DNA of 64,000 nt from Muribaculaceae bacterium (GTDB taxonomy: Bacteria > Bacteroidota > Bacteroidia > Bacteroidales > Muribaculaceae): assembly GCA_014867205.1 (NCBI GenBank), contig WGUO01000019.1, forward strand, positions 6,239-70,238, read 5' to 3'. The position numbers and the translations under genes are program-made. The notes under the pieces were generated by a model, which worked only from the letters and a program-made list of their open reading frames with translations, did not search any database and was not told the origin of the DNA. Below are positions 39,863 through 48,185 of the stretch, in pieces (position 1 is the first letter of the stretch; each line of letters starts with the position of its first letter).

Positions 39863-40906
39863 TCAAAGTTCTGTGAGAGGTGGAATCACGATGTGGTCCG
39901 CCTCGAATGCTATCGTTCCCCAGGAGAGTCCGACGCCAAAGCCGCATCCGATGATCTTCGCCTTTTCGCCGGGCAGTTTGTCGCCAAGCTGAGTGGTGAT
40001 GGTCAGAGGAATTGATGCAGAAGAGGTGTTGCCGAAGTAAGTCATCGAGTAGGGCACCTTCTCCTCGGGCAATTTGAGTTTGGCTCTGATTGTCTCGTTC
40101 ATCTTGCGGTTGGCCTGATGGAAAACGAAATAATCGAAGTCGTTATACTCGAAGCCGGCCTCTTTCGCGAGGTTCTTAATTGACTTGGGTGCTGTGGTTA
40201 TGCCGAAAGCGAAAACATCCAGCCCCTTCATGCGTGTCTGGAGGCTGTGGCGCTTGCGCCCATCCTCACATTCCACGAGTTTGAAGGTATCCTCGTTGAT
40301 AGGATTACGTGTGCCACCGCCGGGGCGGATAATTGCGTCATAGCCGGTTCCGTCAGTGCCGAGCTCAATGAAAATCGGGTAGTCAGACTTCTCGGGATCA
40401 TACTCGACGGCAGTCGCAGTTCCGGCATATCCGAATAACTGGTCGGGCTCTTCGTAGGCGCTCTTGCGGGCGTCGCCGGTCAGCAGTAATGCGCGGCGCA
40501 ACGAAGTGCCGCTCTGAAGCAGCGAGAGAATGGTTGTCATGCCATATACCCAGCCGGAGCACCCCAGTGATATGTCCTGGCAGAGACAGGCTTTCTTGAG
40601 TCCCAGCTTGCCGTGGAGCACACAAGATGTAGCCGGAAGAATATAGTCCGGCGTCTGCGACACGAAAATCAGCACGTCAATGCTGTCACGCTCCCATCCG
40701 AGCGAGTCGAGAAGCCGCTCAGTGGCGGCCTGACAGAGGTCGGAAGCTGTGAAATCGTTCGACCAGCGTTTCTCAAGAATGCCGGTCGTCGCCATGTATG
40801 CCTCGCGGTTGTAGGCGGTGCTGGTGGATATGGTAGGCTCCACGTGCTCCGGCACGCATGTCGCGATACCGGCCACGCGAAGACCTTCGAACTTGAAAAA
40901 TGCCAT
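39863..40906 (-). CDS. Ketoacyl-ACP synthase III (FabH-like), copy 1
   Basis: Motifs LGCSG, HQAN, GNTSSAS and FGVGLSW. Confidence 0.9.
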   Translation of the reverse strand: MAFFKFEGLRVAGIATCVPEHVEPTISTSTAYNREAYMATTGILEKRWSNDFTASDLCQAATERLLDSLGWERDSIDVLIFVSQTPDYILPATSCVLHGKLGLKKACLCQDISLGCSGWVYGMTTILSLLQSGTSLRRALLLTGDARKSAYEEPDQLFGYAGTATAVEYDPEKSDYPIFIELGTDGTGYDAIIRPGGGTRNPINEDTFKLVECEDGRKRHSLQTRMKGLDVFAFGITTAPKSIKNLAKEAGFEYNDFDYFVFHQANRKMNETIRAKLKLPEEKVPYSMTYFGNTSSASIPLTITTQLGDKLPGEKAKIIGCGFGVGLSWGTIAFEADHIVIPPLTEL

Positions 40907-40908
40907 GC

Positions 40909-41139
40909 TTAAAGTTTTGACTTCACAATGTTGTAGAGGTCTTCAACGGTCTTGGCGGCTTTCATGTCCTCACCCTTGAGTGTAACGTCATATTCTTCGT
41001 CGACCATGGCAAGGATGGAGAGGGCTGAAAGCGATGACCATTCGTCGAGGTCGCGAAATACAGTTGTTGCCTGGATTTCTGCAGGATCGGTCTCTTCCAT
41101 CTGTGCAGCGAAATTGTCGATAAAGTCTTTGAGTTCCAT
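40909..41139 (-). CDS. Acyl carrier protein, copy 1
   Basis: 76-aa acidic protein with a WSSLSAL site. Confidence 0.88.
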   Translation of the reverse strand: MELKDFIDNFAAQMEETDPAEIQATTVFRDLDEWSSLSALSILAMVDEEYDVTLKGEDMKAAKTVEDLYNIVKSKL

Positions 41140-41160
41140 TTTGATATATGTCTTTATATG

Positions 41161-41805
41161 TTAGAATTTAAATATCTTTGCCGGGTTGCCGATGTAGGTG
41201 CAACCGTCTTTTGGTCGAGTAAGCAAGGGAGAGAGAGGAGAGAGAGTGATGCCGTTGCCGACGTGCACCCCTTGTTTAACAAACGAGCCGGCGCCGAAAA
41301 GATTGCAATCTCCTATCACACTTTCGCCTGATATGCGCACACCGGGCATGAAAACATTGCAGTTGCCGACCTTTGCATCGTGTCCGAAAGTGACCATTCC
41401 GTTAAGCACATTGAAATCTCCGACAGAGACATTTACCGTGACGCGGCAGTGGCTCTTTATGATGTTGCCTATACCCATGTTGAATGTCTGTTCGTCCTCT
41501 ATTACGAAATCGGGTGATATGAGGTTGGGATATTCGACAGCAGGGTTCGTTATGCTCTCCACGATAGCACGCCGTGCGGCAGGGCTGCCGACACATATGA
41601 CTATCGCCGGAGGATTGCTCATCGCATTGAGCATGTCGCGCCCTCCTATCACCTTGCCATAATGCGAGATCTCATCGCCAGGCGTATGTGTGTCGTCAAT
41701 GAATCCGACAAAATTCCAGGTCGGTTTTCTGTCGTTGATCATCTTTATCATTGCGGCGACCTCTCGGCCTAATCCGCCTGCTCCATATATTGCGATGTCT
41801 GTCAT
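41161..41805 (-). CDS. NeuD/PglD/VioB-family sugar N-acyltransferase
   Basis: IYGAGGLGREV, GFIDD, hexapeptide repeats and YIGNPAK. Start is 41805 or 41832. Confidence 0.85.
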   Translation of the reverse strand: MTDIAIYGAGGLGREVAAMIKMINDRKPTWNFVGFIDDTHTPGDEISHYGKVIGGRDMLNAMSNPPAIVICVGSPAARRAIVESITNPAVEYPNLISPDFVIEDEQTFNMGIGNIIKSHCRVTVNVSVGDFNVLNGMVTFGHDAKVGNCNVFMPGVRISGESVIGDCNLFGAGSFVKQGVHVGNGITLSPLSPLLTRPKDGCTYIGNPAKIFKF

Positions 41806-41878
41806 AACTGTTGTGATATTAATCTCTGTCATGGTCAAATTGTGCTTATAGATTGATGTAATTCAGATATGCGGCACT

Positions 41879-43015
41879 CTAATCGAATATGTGGGGCATG
41901 AAATTGTCATAATACATGCGGTTGGCAAGGTAGACGCGCCGGTTGTGCTCCTGCTGCTCCATAGTCAGTGGGCTGAGCGAGGACATGTCGTGCAGGTCAT
42001 CCTCGACCGAAAATATTATGTAGCCTTTCTCACGGTAATAGTCAAGCAGATTATTCTCGTTTCTGAGAAAGACCTTGACACCGTTCTTAAGCAACTGGAT
42101 AATATTGCCTGATGCTTCCTGACGTCGCTGTCCGAAAACTGCGATGTCAACCTTGTTGAGCATCTCGAAGTATTTGTCGCGAGACATGTATTCGAGAATC
42201 GGCTCGAATTTGTCACCGAACATCCTGCGTCCCGTAGCGAGCACTCTGTCTCGAATCATTGGGTGGCCATAGGATAGGGGTGTAATCTTGACCAGGGTAT
42301 TCTTAGGGTCTATCTTCTTAAGAATCTTGAAGACAGTCCGGTGGTTTCCGTAGACTGATGCCTGATGGTCTATCATGACTGTCTTGACTCCTCTGGGTTT
42401 AAGCTCAAACAGGTCTCCGGGCAGTGAATTGTCCTTGTTCGCACCATAAGAGAAGAAACGGAACTCCGCCTTTGTGTCGAAGTGTTTCTTGAGCAGATCA
42501 TAATCGCGTCGGTTCCAGAAACAGAAATAGTCGACCATCGAGAAAATCTTCACGAATTTAGGAGCGCGGTAACGGTTGGTCGACTTGCGCAGGAAACGTG
42601 AGACCTTGTTGGGTATGAAATAGTAGACCTTGTGAAAGGGAGAGAACGGGTCGTCAATGACGTTATAGTCGCGCTCGTAGGCGAGAGCCTCATAGAGCTC
42701 ATATCCCCAGAACACCCAGTATAGCTTGAACTCAAAATTTTCGCGCAGGTACTCCAGCAGTTCGAGCATGTAGCCCAGCACGCCGTGCATCACAATACGG
42801 TCCACGCCCCGCTCGCGGCAAATCTGGAGTATCTTCTCGAAGTTCTCACGTTCGTCGAGATTCATTATGACAAAGCCCTCCGGATTCTTTATCATGGTCA
42901 GTTCCGGAGTCTGTTTATACACCACAAACGTATTCTTTCCCGGATAATATTGTTCGAATATGCGCCGGGAGTCACTTACAAAGTTGTGGTCCATGCAGAG
43001 ATGTAGGGCGTGCAT
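41879..43015 (-). CDS. GT56-like glycosyltransferase (WecF / 4-acetamido-deoxyhexose transferase family)
   Basis: Motifs YWVFWGYELY, PLSYG and RRQEASGNIIQLLKNGVKVFL resemble the WecF family. Confidence 0.7.
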   Translation of the reverse strand: MHALHLCMDHNFVSDSRRIFEQYYPGKNTFVVYKQTPELTMIKNPEGFVIMNLDERENFEKILQICRERGVDRIVMHGVLGYMLELLEYLRENFEFKLYWVFWGYELYEALAYERDYNVIDDPFSPFHKVYYFIPNKVSRFLRKSTNRYRAPKFVKIFSMVDYFCFWNRRDYDLLKKHFDTKAEFRFFSYGANKDNSLPGDLFELKPRGVKTVMIDHQASVYGNHRTVFKILKKIDPKNTLVKITPLSYGHPMIRDRVLATGRRMFGDKFEPILEYMSRDKYFEMLNKVDIAVFGQRRQEASGNIIQLLKNGVKVFLRNENNLLDYYREKGYIIFSVEDDLHDMSSLSPLTMEQQEHNRRVYLANRMYYDNFMPHIFD

Positions 43016-44294
43016 CTGTGTCTATATGTAGTGAGTGGGTTTGTTTCTTTTTGTTTTTATATTTCTTTGGCGTACGTCCCTCAAAGTACAATATGGGGAT
43101 TGCTATGAGGAAGAGATACATCCATATTTCCTTGGCTGGGTAGTCTCGGATCAGGTTGGAGATTACATATATCAGCAGGAATCCGAAACTCTTGAGAGAG
43201 TGATAGCGCGAATAGTAGAGCGCCATGAATATCAGCAGCAGGGACGTGCCGACGATACCGCGCAGATAGAAGTAACGTTTGTATCCGGCATTTCCCATCA
43301 TAAGGTTACCGGAACTTTTATTCTTAGAGGTATATGCACCCTTTCCGACACCGAGCCATATTTTGTCTGTGTTGAGATATTTGCTGTAAGTGTCCTCGAA
43401 GAATGTAGTGTACCTGTTGTTGCCGGCGATATCGCCGCTTTCAGTCATTTCAAGACGAGACACTATGGCCTTGTTGAGCACATTGTCTCCATTAAGGAAT
43501 GCGGCAGCAGTTGAGCCTATTGCAAGAACGATTGTGGAGACAATTCCGACTGCCCAATATTTGCGTTTCTCAATCAATATCAGAATGACGGCGCCTATCA
43601 GCATGCCGTAGGCAGCCAGCGAGAGTGACATTATGGTTGAGACAAATAGAATGATATTCCCGAATTTCTTGAGGTTACATCCGTTGATGTAGAGTAGATA
43701 GACGCACATTGTGCCGAGGTGGCCGGGCTCAAGGAAAGGGCCTGCAAAGCGTCGCACGTCATCAGGACTGTTGATGCTGAATGTGTTAAAGATGTAATAC
43801 ACCTGGTGCATGTAATACACATCGCTTGTGTCGCGGAAATGAGGCAGATCCACTCCAAGCAGAAATGGAATCCAGCCTATCAGGGCTATCAGCAGAATCG
43901 CCTCAACCGATATTGTGAGGACCCTCAATACCACTTTCTTATGCTCGAGTGGTGCCATTATCAGCATTGCCCCTCCGAACATTGTGATGAGCATACAGAT
44001 GATTGCTCGACTTGTCAGATCGGCCAGCATTCCGCGCTCATAGAAAAATATGGCGCATAGTAAAAGAATGCATATCCCCTTGAACATTGAGACGCGTTCA
44101 AGGCTCTTTCGGTATGTGACTGCGTATGGCAGCATCAGTGCGAAAGAGAACAGGAAGAAGAAGAAGTCCTGGATGTATCTGACATAGAGAATCCTGTTTG
44201 ACTTGAACATCAACAGGACAATACCTATGCAGAATAAAATCAGGACATATCCCGGTCCGGATCTTGCGGTATCTGTTTTCTTACTCTCCGTCAT
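42972..44294 (-). CDS. Putative Wzy polysaccharide polymerase
   Basis: About 11 hydrophobic segments, an RFAGPFLEPG loop, and a position within a wzx/wzc/wza locus. Confidence 0.7.
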   Translation of the reverse strand: MTESKKTDTARSGPGYVLILFCIGIVLLMFKSNRILYVRYIQDFFFFLFSFALMLPYAVTYRKSLERVSMFKGICILLLCAIFFYERGMLADLTSRAIICMLITMFGGAMLIMAPLEHKKVVLRVLTISVEAILLIALIGWIPFLLGVDLPHFRDTSDVYYMHQVYYIFNTFSINSPDDVRRFAGPFLEPGHLGTMCVYLLYINGCNLKKFGNIILFVSTIMSLSLAAYGMLIGAVILILIEKRKYWAVGIVSTIVLAIGSTAAAFLNGDNVLNKAIVSRLEMTESGDIAGNNRYTTFFEDTYSKYLNTDKIWLGVGKGAYTSKNKSSGNLMMGNAGYKRYFYLRGIVGTSLLLIFMALYYSRYHSLKSFGFLLIYVISNLIRDYPAKEIWMYLFLIAIPILYFEGRTPKKYKNKKKQTHSLHIDTDARPTSLHGPQLCK

Positions 44295-45465
44295 TCTCTA
44301 TCAGGTGTTTATACAGAACCTTGATCAGAGGCTTATGAATCTGGCTGTATCCGTCACGGTCTCGCACGGTTGCACCGGCGCTAAGTATCACAAAACCATA
44401 TTTCTGCTCCGGCTCAAAAATCATGCAGGTCTTGATTCCGGCTCCTCCACCGGTCTGGCCGTGCAGCAATGAACCGTCTACCAGGTCCCGGTATTCACGA
44501 TATGAAAGCCCGTAGTTATGTTTGCCGACATAGTTTCTCTGTATCTGCCGCTCGCTGTTGCGGGTTATGATGCGTTTGCCGTCGAGAGTTCCCCAGTTCA
44601 TGTGCATGCGCATGTATCTTGCGAGATCATCAGCGGTAATCTTCATGCCAACGGCAGGGTATTCGAGCCATACCGTCTCGCCGAGTATGTAGTTATCGGG
44701 TTTAAGGGGCGAGAGCTGATGATAGACATAGTCATTGTTCTCTATCTTACCTGTCTTGTCCGACAGATAGTAAAGGCCTACGAATTTATTCTTGTCCAGG
44801 GCGTTCTGGTTGAAACTCCCGTGGATATCGAGTGGCTTCATGATAATGTCGTCGATGACAGAGCTGAATCTCTTGCCGGCCGCTCCCTCAATCACAGCAC
44901 CCAGCACTGTATAGTTGGTGTTGACATAGTCGTAGGCCGTACCAGGCTTGGTGTCTGAGTAGCCCAGGGCATAGTTGACAGATTTCCGAGGATTGATAGA
45001 ATCCAGAATCCACCAGCAATGGTTCTCGTTGAGGCTTGATGTGTGAGTCAGGAGTTGCTTGACCGTAATGGGCACATCGGGGTAGCGTGGATTGCGGAGT
45101 CTGAATTTCAGATATTTGTCGGCCGGGTCGTTGAGCTTCATTTTCTTTTCCTCGACGAGTCTCATTATGGCTGTCGCAACAAATGTCTTGGAGACAGACA
45201 TGATGTCAAACAAGTCGTCGCCTTTCAGAGGCTCGCCCTCGCTTACGCTGTCAGGAATTACCCGGTAGCCCATCAGTTTTCTATAGATGACGGAATCATC
45301 CTTGACAACAGCGATGCTGAGTGCCGTCATGCCGACCTCATCATAGATTTTTTGAATCTCGCTATCGAGTTCGGGCCGGAAATTGCAGTTTCCTGCGGCT
45401 AAACCCTCATTGCATGTGCTGATCAGCATGACGATGAGGCACACGAGGGACACTATATTTCTCAT
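44281..45465 (-). CDS. Exported serine hydrolase, beta-lactamase/class C-like fold
   Basis: Signal peptide, SxxK (SVSK), LLTHTS, YxN (YVN) and HGQTG. ATG at 45465. Confidence 0.85.
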   Translation of the reverse strand: MRNIVSLVCLIVMLISTCNEGLAAGNCNFRPELDSEIQKIYDEVGMTALSIAVVKDDSVIYRKLMGYRVIPDSVSEGEPLKGDDLFDIMSVSKTFVATAIMRLVEEKKMKLNDPADKYLKFRLRNPRYPDVPITVKQLLTHTSSLNENHCWWILDSINPRKSVNYALGYSDTKPGTAYDYVNTNYTVLGAVIEGAAGKRFSSVIDDIIMKPLDIHGSFNQNALDKNKFVGLYYLSDKTGKIENNDYVYHQLSPLKPDNYILGETVWLEYPAVGMKITADDLARYMRMHMNWGTLDGKRIITRNSERQIQRNYVGKHNYGLSYREYRDLVDGSLLHGQTGGGAGIKTCMIFEPEQKYGFVILSAGATVRDRDGYSQIHKPLIKVLYKHLIENDGE

Positions 45466-45507
45466 TCGCACCAGATTTGATATATTGGCAAATTTTGGCC
45501 GTAATGT

Positions 45508-46617
45508 TTATTTCTTGACGATCACTGAAAGGATGCGTTCGATGTCGGATTCTTTCAGCCCGCTATACATAGGCAGGCATATCACGGAGTTGGCCATTCG
45601 GTGAGCGTTAGGCAGGTTACTTGGATCGGCCGACGGAAGACCACGGTAAGTAGTGAATTCAGTGATAAGGGGGTAGAAGTATCTGCGTCCGAAGATATTG
45701 TGCTCCTTGAGTTTGCCATAGAGCTCATCACGTGTCATGCCGTAGACCTCCGTGTCCACGAAAATCGGGAAGTAACTGTAATTGTGTCGCACGCCGGGCA
45801 TATCCTTTAGATAACTGATACCCTCGACATCCTTGAGAGTCTCACGGTAGAGTTGAGCCGATTGCTTCCTTGACTCAATGGCCTTGTCCACCTGACGGAG
45901 GTTGAGAATGCCGTATGCCGCCCTCATCTCATCCATCTTTGAGTTGATGCCTGGAGCGACAACCTCGGTCTCGTTTTTAAAGCCGAAGTTCTTCAGATAG
46001 TCTATCCTGCGTTTCATCTCCTCGTCGTGCATTACGAGAGCACCCCCTTCAATGGTATTGTAGACCTTGGTGGCATGGAACGACAGGGTCGAGACATCGC
46101 CGGCATTGAGAACCGATTCGCCGTCAACCTGAACTCCGAAGGCGTGAGCAGCATCGTAGATCACCTTGAGGCCATAAGTGTCGGCTATGCGCTGAATGTT
46201 CTTAGTGTCGCAGGGCTGGCCATAGACATGTACAGGCACGATGGCCGTCGTCTTGGGAGTTATGGCGGCCTCTATCTTAGCGGGATCAAGGTTGCCTGTA
46301 GCCGGGTCGATATCTACAAATACCGGCTTAATGCCGTTCCACCAAAGCGAGTGTGCCGTAGCCACAAAACTATAGGGTGTAGTGATGACCTCGCCCGTGA
46401 CGCGGAGTGCCTGCAGTGCTGTTATGATAGGAAGAGTGCCGTTGGTGAACAGACTGATATAGGGTACTTTGAGATAATCGCAAAGTTCCTTTTCAAGACG
46501 CTTGTGAAATTCGCCGTTATTGGTTATCCACTTGCTTGCCCATATCTCCTTGAGCAACGATGTGAATTCATCGAGGTCAGGCAGGAGTGGGCTTGTGACC
46601 ATTATCTTGTTTTCCAT
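45508..46617 (-). CDS. vioA: dTDP-4-amino-4,6-dideoxyhexose aminotransferase (VioA-like)
   Basis: Motifs WITNNGEFH, YDAAHAFG, SFHATKVYNTIEGG, GINSKMDE and RRYFYP. Confidence 0.8.
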   Translation of the reverse strand: MENKIMVTSPLLPDLDEFTSLLKEIWASKWITNNGEFHKRLEKELCDYLKVPYISLFTNGTLPIITALQALRVTGEVITTPYSFVATAHSLWWNGIKPVFVDIDPATGNLDPAKIEAAITPKTTAIVPVHVYGQPCDTKNIQRIADTYGLKVIYDAAHAFGVQVDGESVLNAGDVSTLSFHATKVYNTIEGGALVMHDEEMKRRIDYLKNFGFKNETEVVAPGINSKMDEMRAAYGILNLRQVDKAIESRKQSAQLYRETLKDVEGISYLKDMPGVRHNYSYFPIFVDTEVYGMTRDELYGKLKEHNIFGRRYFYPLITEFTTYRGLPSADPSNLPNAHRMANSVICLPMYSGLKESDIERILSVIVKK

Positions 46618-46638
46618 GTCGGAATTGTTTATTACCCA

Positions 46639-48105
46639 TCATGATCTTGCAGGACCTGACTTTACGAACGATAATAGTTCGCGCAGGTCACGCGAGTCTG
46701 TGAGTTTTGTTATGACTAAGTAAAATATTATTCCCACGGGTATTCCGGCCACGAGTTTTATCCATTCAACAGGAATTGCAAGAGTGAATGCATAAGTCGC
46801 TGCTGCCATTAAGACTGAATAAGCCAGACTCGGCATCAGATACCTCATCTGTCTCATAAATCCGAGTCCAATCAGTTTGCCCGTATAGTGCGTATTGATA
46901 AATAGGCTTATGATGTTGGTGGCGACTGAACCCCAGCAGAGGGCAATCAGTCCAAACGGTATTGTCACGCATATTATGGCTATGCCGATTATTTTCTTCC
47001 AGATCTCGAGTTTGAGAAAGAGGTCACTCCGGCCCTTCACCTGCAGCAGGTTGAGATTAATGGCATGAATCGGATACCATATCATCGAGAGGCAGATTAT
47101 CGGGAGCAGAGTAGCGGAGAAGAGCCAGTTCTTATTGAGAAAAACGAGGATGAATGGACGGGAGAGAGCCGCCAGTCCGAGCATCAGCGGGAATATGACA
47201 AATGCCGAAACACGCAGAAACCTTGTGTATACATCTCGAAGCCGGTTATCGTCTCGGATGGTGCACAGTGCAGGATATGTCACCCTTTGCAGCACTGAGG
47301 TAAGAGTGGAGGAAGGGAGTTCGGCGAAACCGTGTGCACGTGTATAATATCCGAGGTCCGAGGCGTTGAACACCTTGCCGATCACAAGTTTGAATATATT
47401 GGCGTAGATTGTGTTTATGATTCCGCTGACAGCGAGTTTGGAGCCAAACCCGAACATGACACGGAATGACCTCCAGGAGTAACTGAGTATGGGACGCCAG
47501 TGTGACTGAATCCACAGCATCACTGCGTTTATGATGATGTGGGTGACGTGAAGCCATACGATTGACCATACACCACAGCCGGTATATGCCATCGTCACCC
47601 CCACGACTCCTGAAATGATCGCTGCCGAGAATGAGGCCTTGGCCTGGGTCTTGAAGTCAATCTTAACAGTCAGCAGGGCTCGCTGTACGACGACAAGCGA
47701 GTTTACTATGACACTGAGGGAAATCACCCTCATCAGCGGTGTCAGAATCGGCTGGTCATAGAATCGCGCTATGAGCGGCGCGCTCAGGAACAGGACTGCG
47801 TACAGGAAAACTCCGACAACGATATTGAAGAAGAATACCGTGGAGTTATCGGTCTCAGTGCGGTCCTGCTTGCGTATCAGGGCCTGTGAGAAACCACTGT
47901 CGACGAGCGATTGGGAAACGGCAATAAAGATTGTCAGCATTGCCACCAGACCATAGTCGGCCGGTGTCAGTATACGGGCCATGATAATCATGACCACGAA
48001 CTGAATGATCTGAACGGAAAAACGTTCGGCCATGCTCCATACAGTTCCCCACAGGGTCTTGCGTTTCAGTGAGCCGGGGTCGTCTTGTTTCTCTTCCTTA
48101 TGCAT
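46639..48105 (-). CDS. wzx: Wzx flippase (WzxC-like)
   Basis: Motifs ARILTPADYG, DSGFSQALI and LGYYTRA; multi-TM protein. Confidence 0.9.
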   Translation of the reverse strand: MHKEEKQDDPGSLKRKTLWGTVWSMAERFSVQIIQFVVMIIMARILTPADYGLVAMLTIFIAVSQSLVDSGFSQALIRKQDRTETDNSTVFFFNIVVGVFLYAVLFLSAPLIARFYDQPILTPLMRVISLSVIVNSLVVVQRALLTVKIDFKTQAKASFSAAIISGVVGVTMAYTGCGVWSIVWLHVTHIIINAVMLWIQSHWRPILSYSWRSFRVMFGFGSKLAVSGIINTIYANIFKLVIGKVFNASDLGYYTRAHGFAELPSSTLTSVLQRVTYPALCTIRDDNRLRDVYTRFLRVSAFVIFPLMLGLAALSRPFILVFLNKNWLFSATLLPIICLSMIWYPIHAINLNLLQVKGRSDLFLKLEIWKKIIGIAIICVTIPFGLIALCWGSVATNIISLFINTHYTGKLIGLGFMRQMRYLMPSLAYSVLMAAATYAFTLAIPVEWIKLVAGIPVGIIFYLVITKLTDSRDLRELLSFVKSGPARS

Positions 48106-48185
48106 TTTACTCCGTTTCCTAAGCCATGCAGTGTTTGGAACTCTATTTCAGGTTTATTAGTCGGATAGTATGATCAAATTTGATC

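Noticed and set aside
35646..41139. Stand-alone secondary-metabolite (aryl polyene / type II PKS) or housekeeping fatty acid synthesis cluster
   Set aside because: There are no FabF/KS-CLF, FabD or dehydratase genes in the cassette, and it is embedded co-directionally in a Wzx/Wzy locus.
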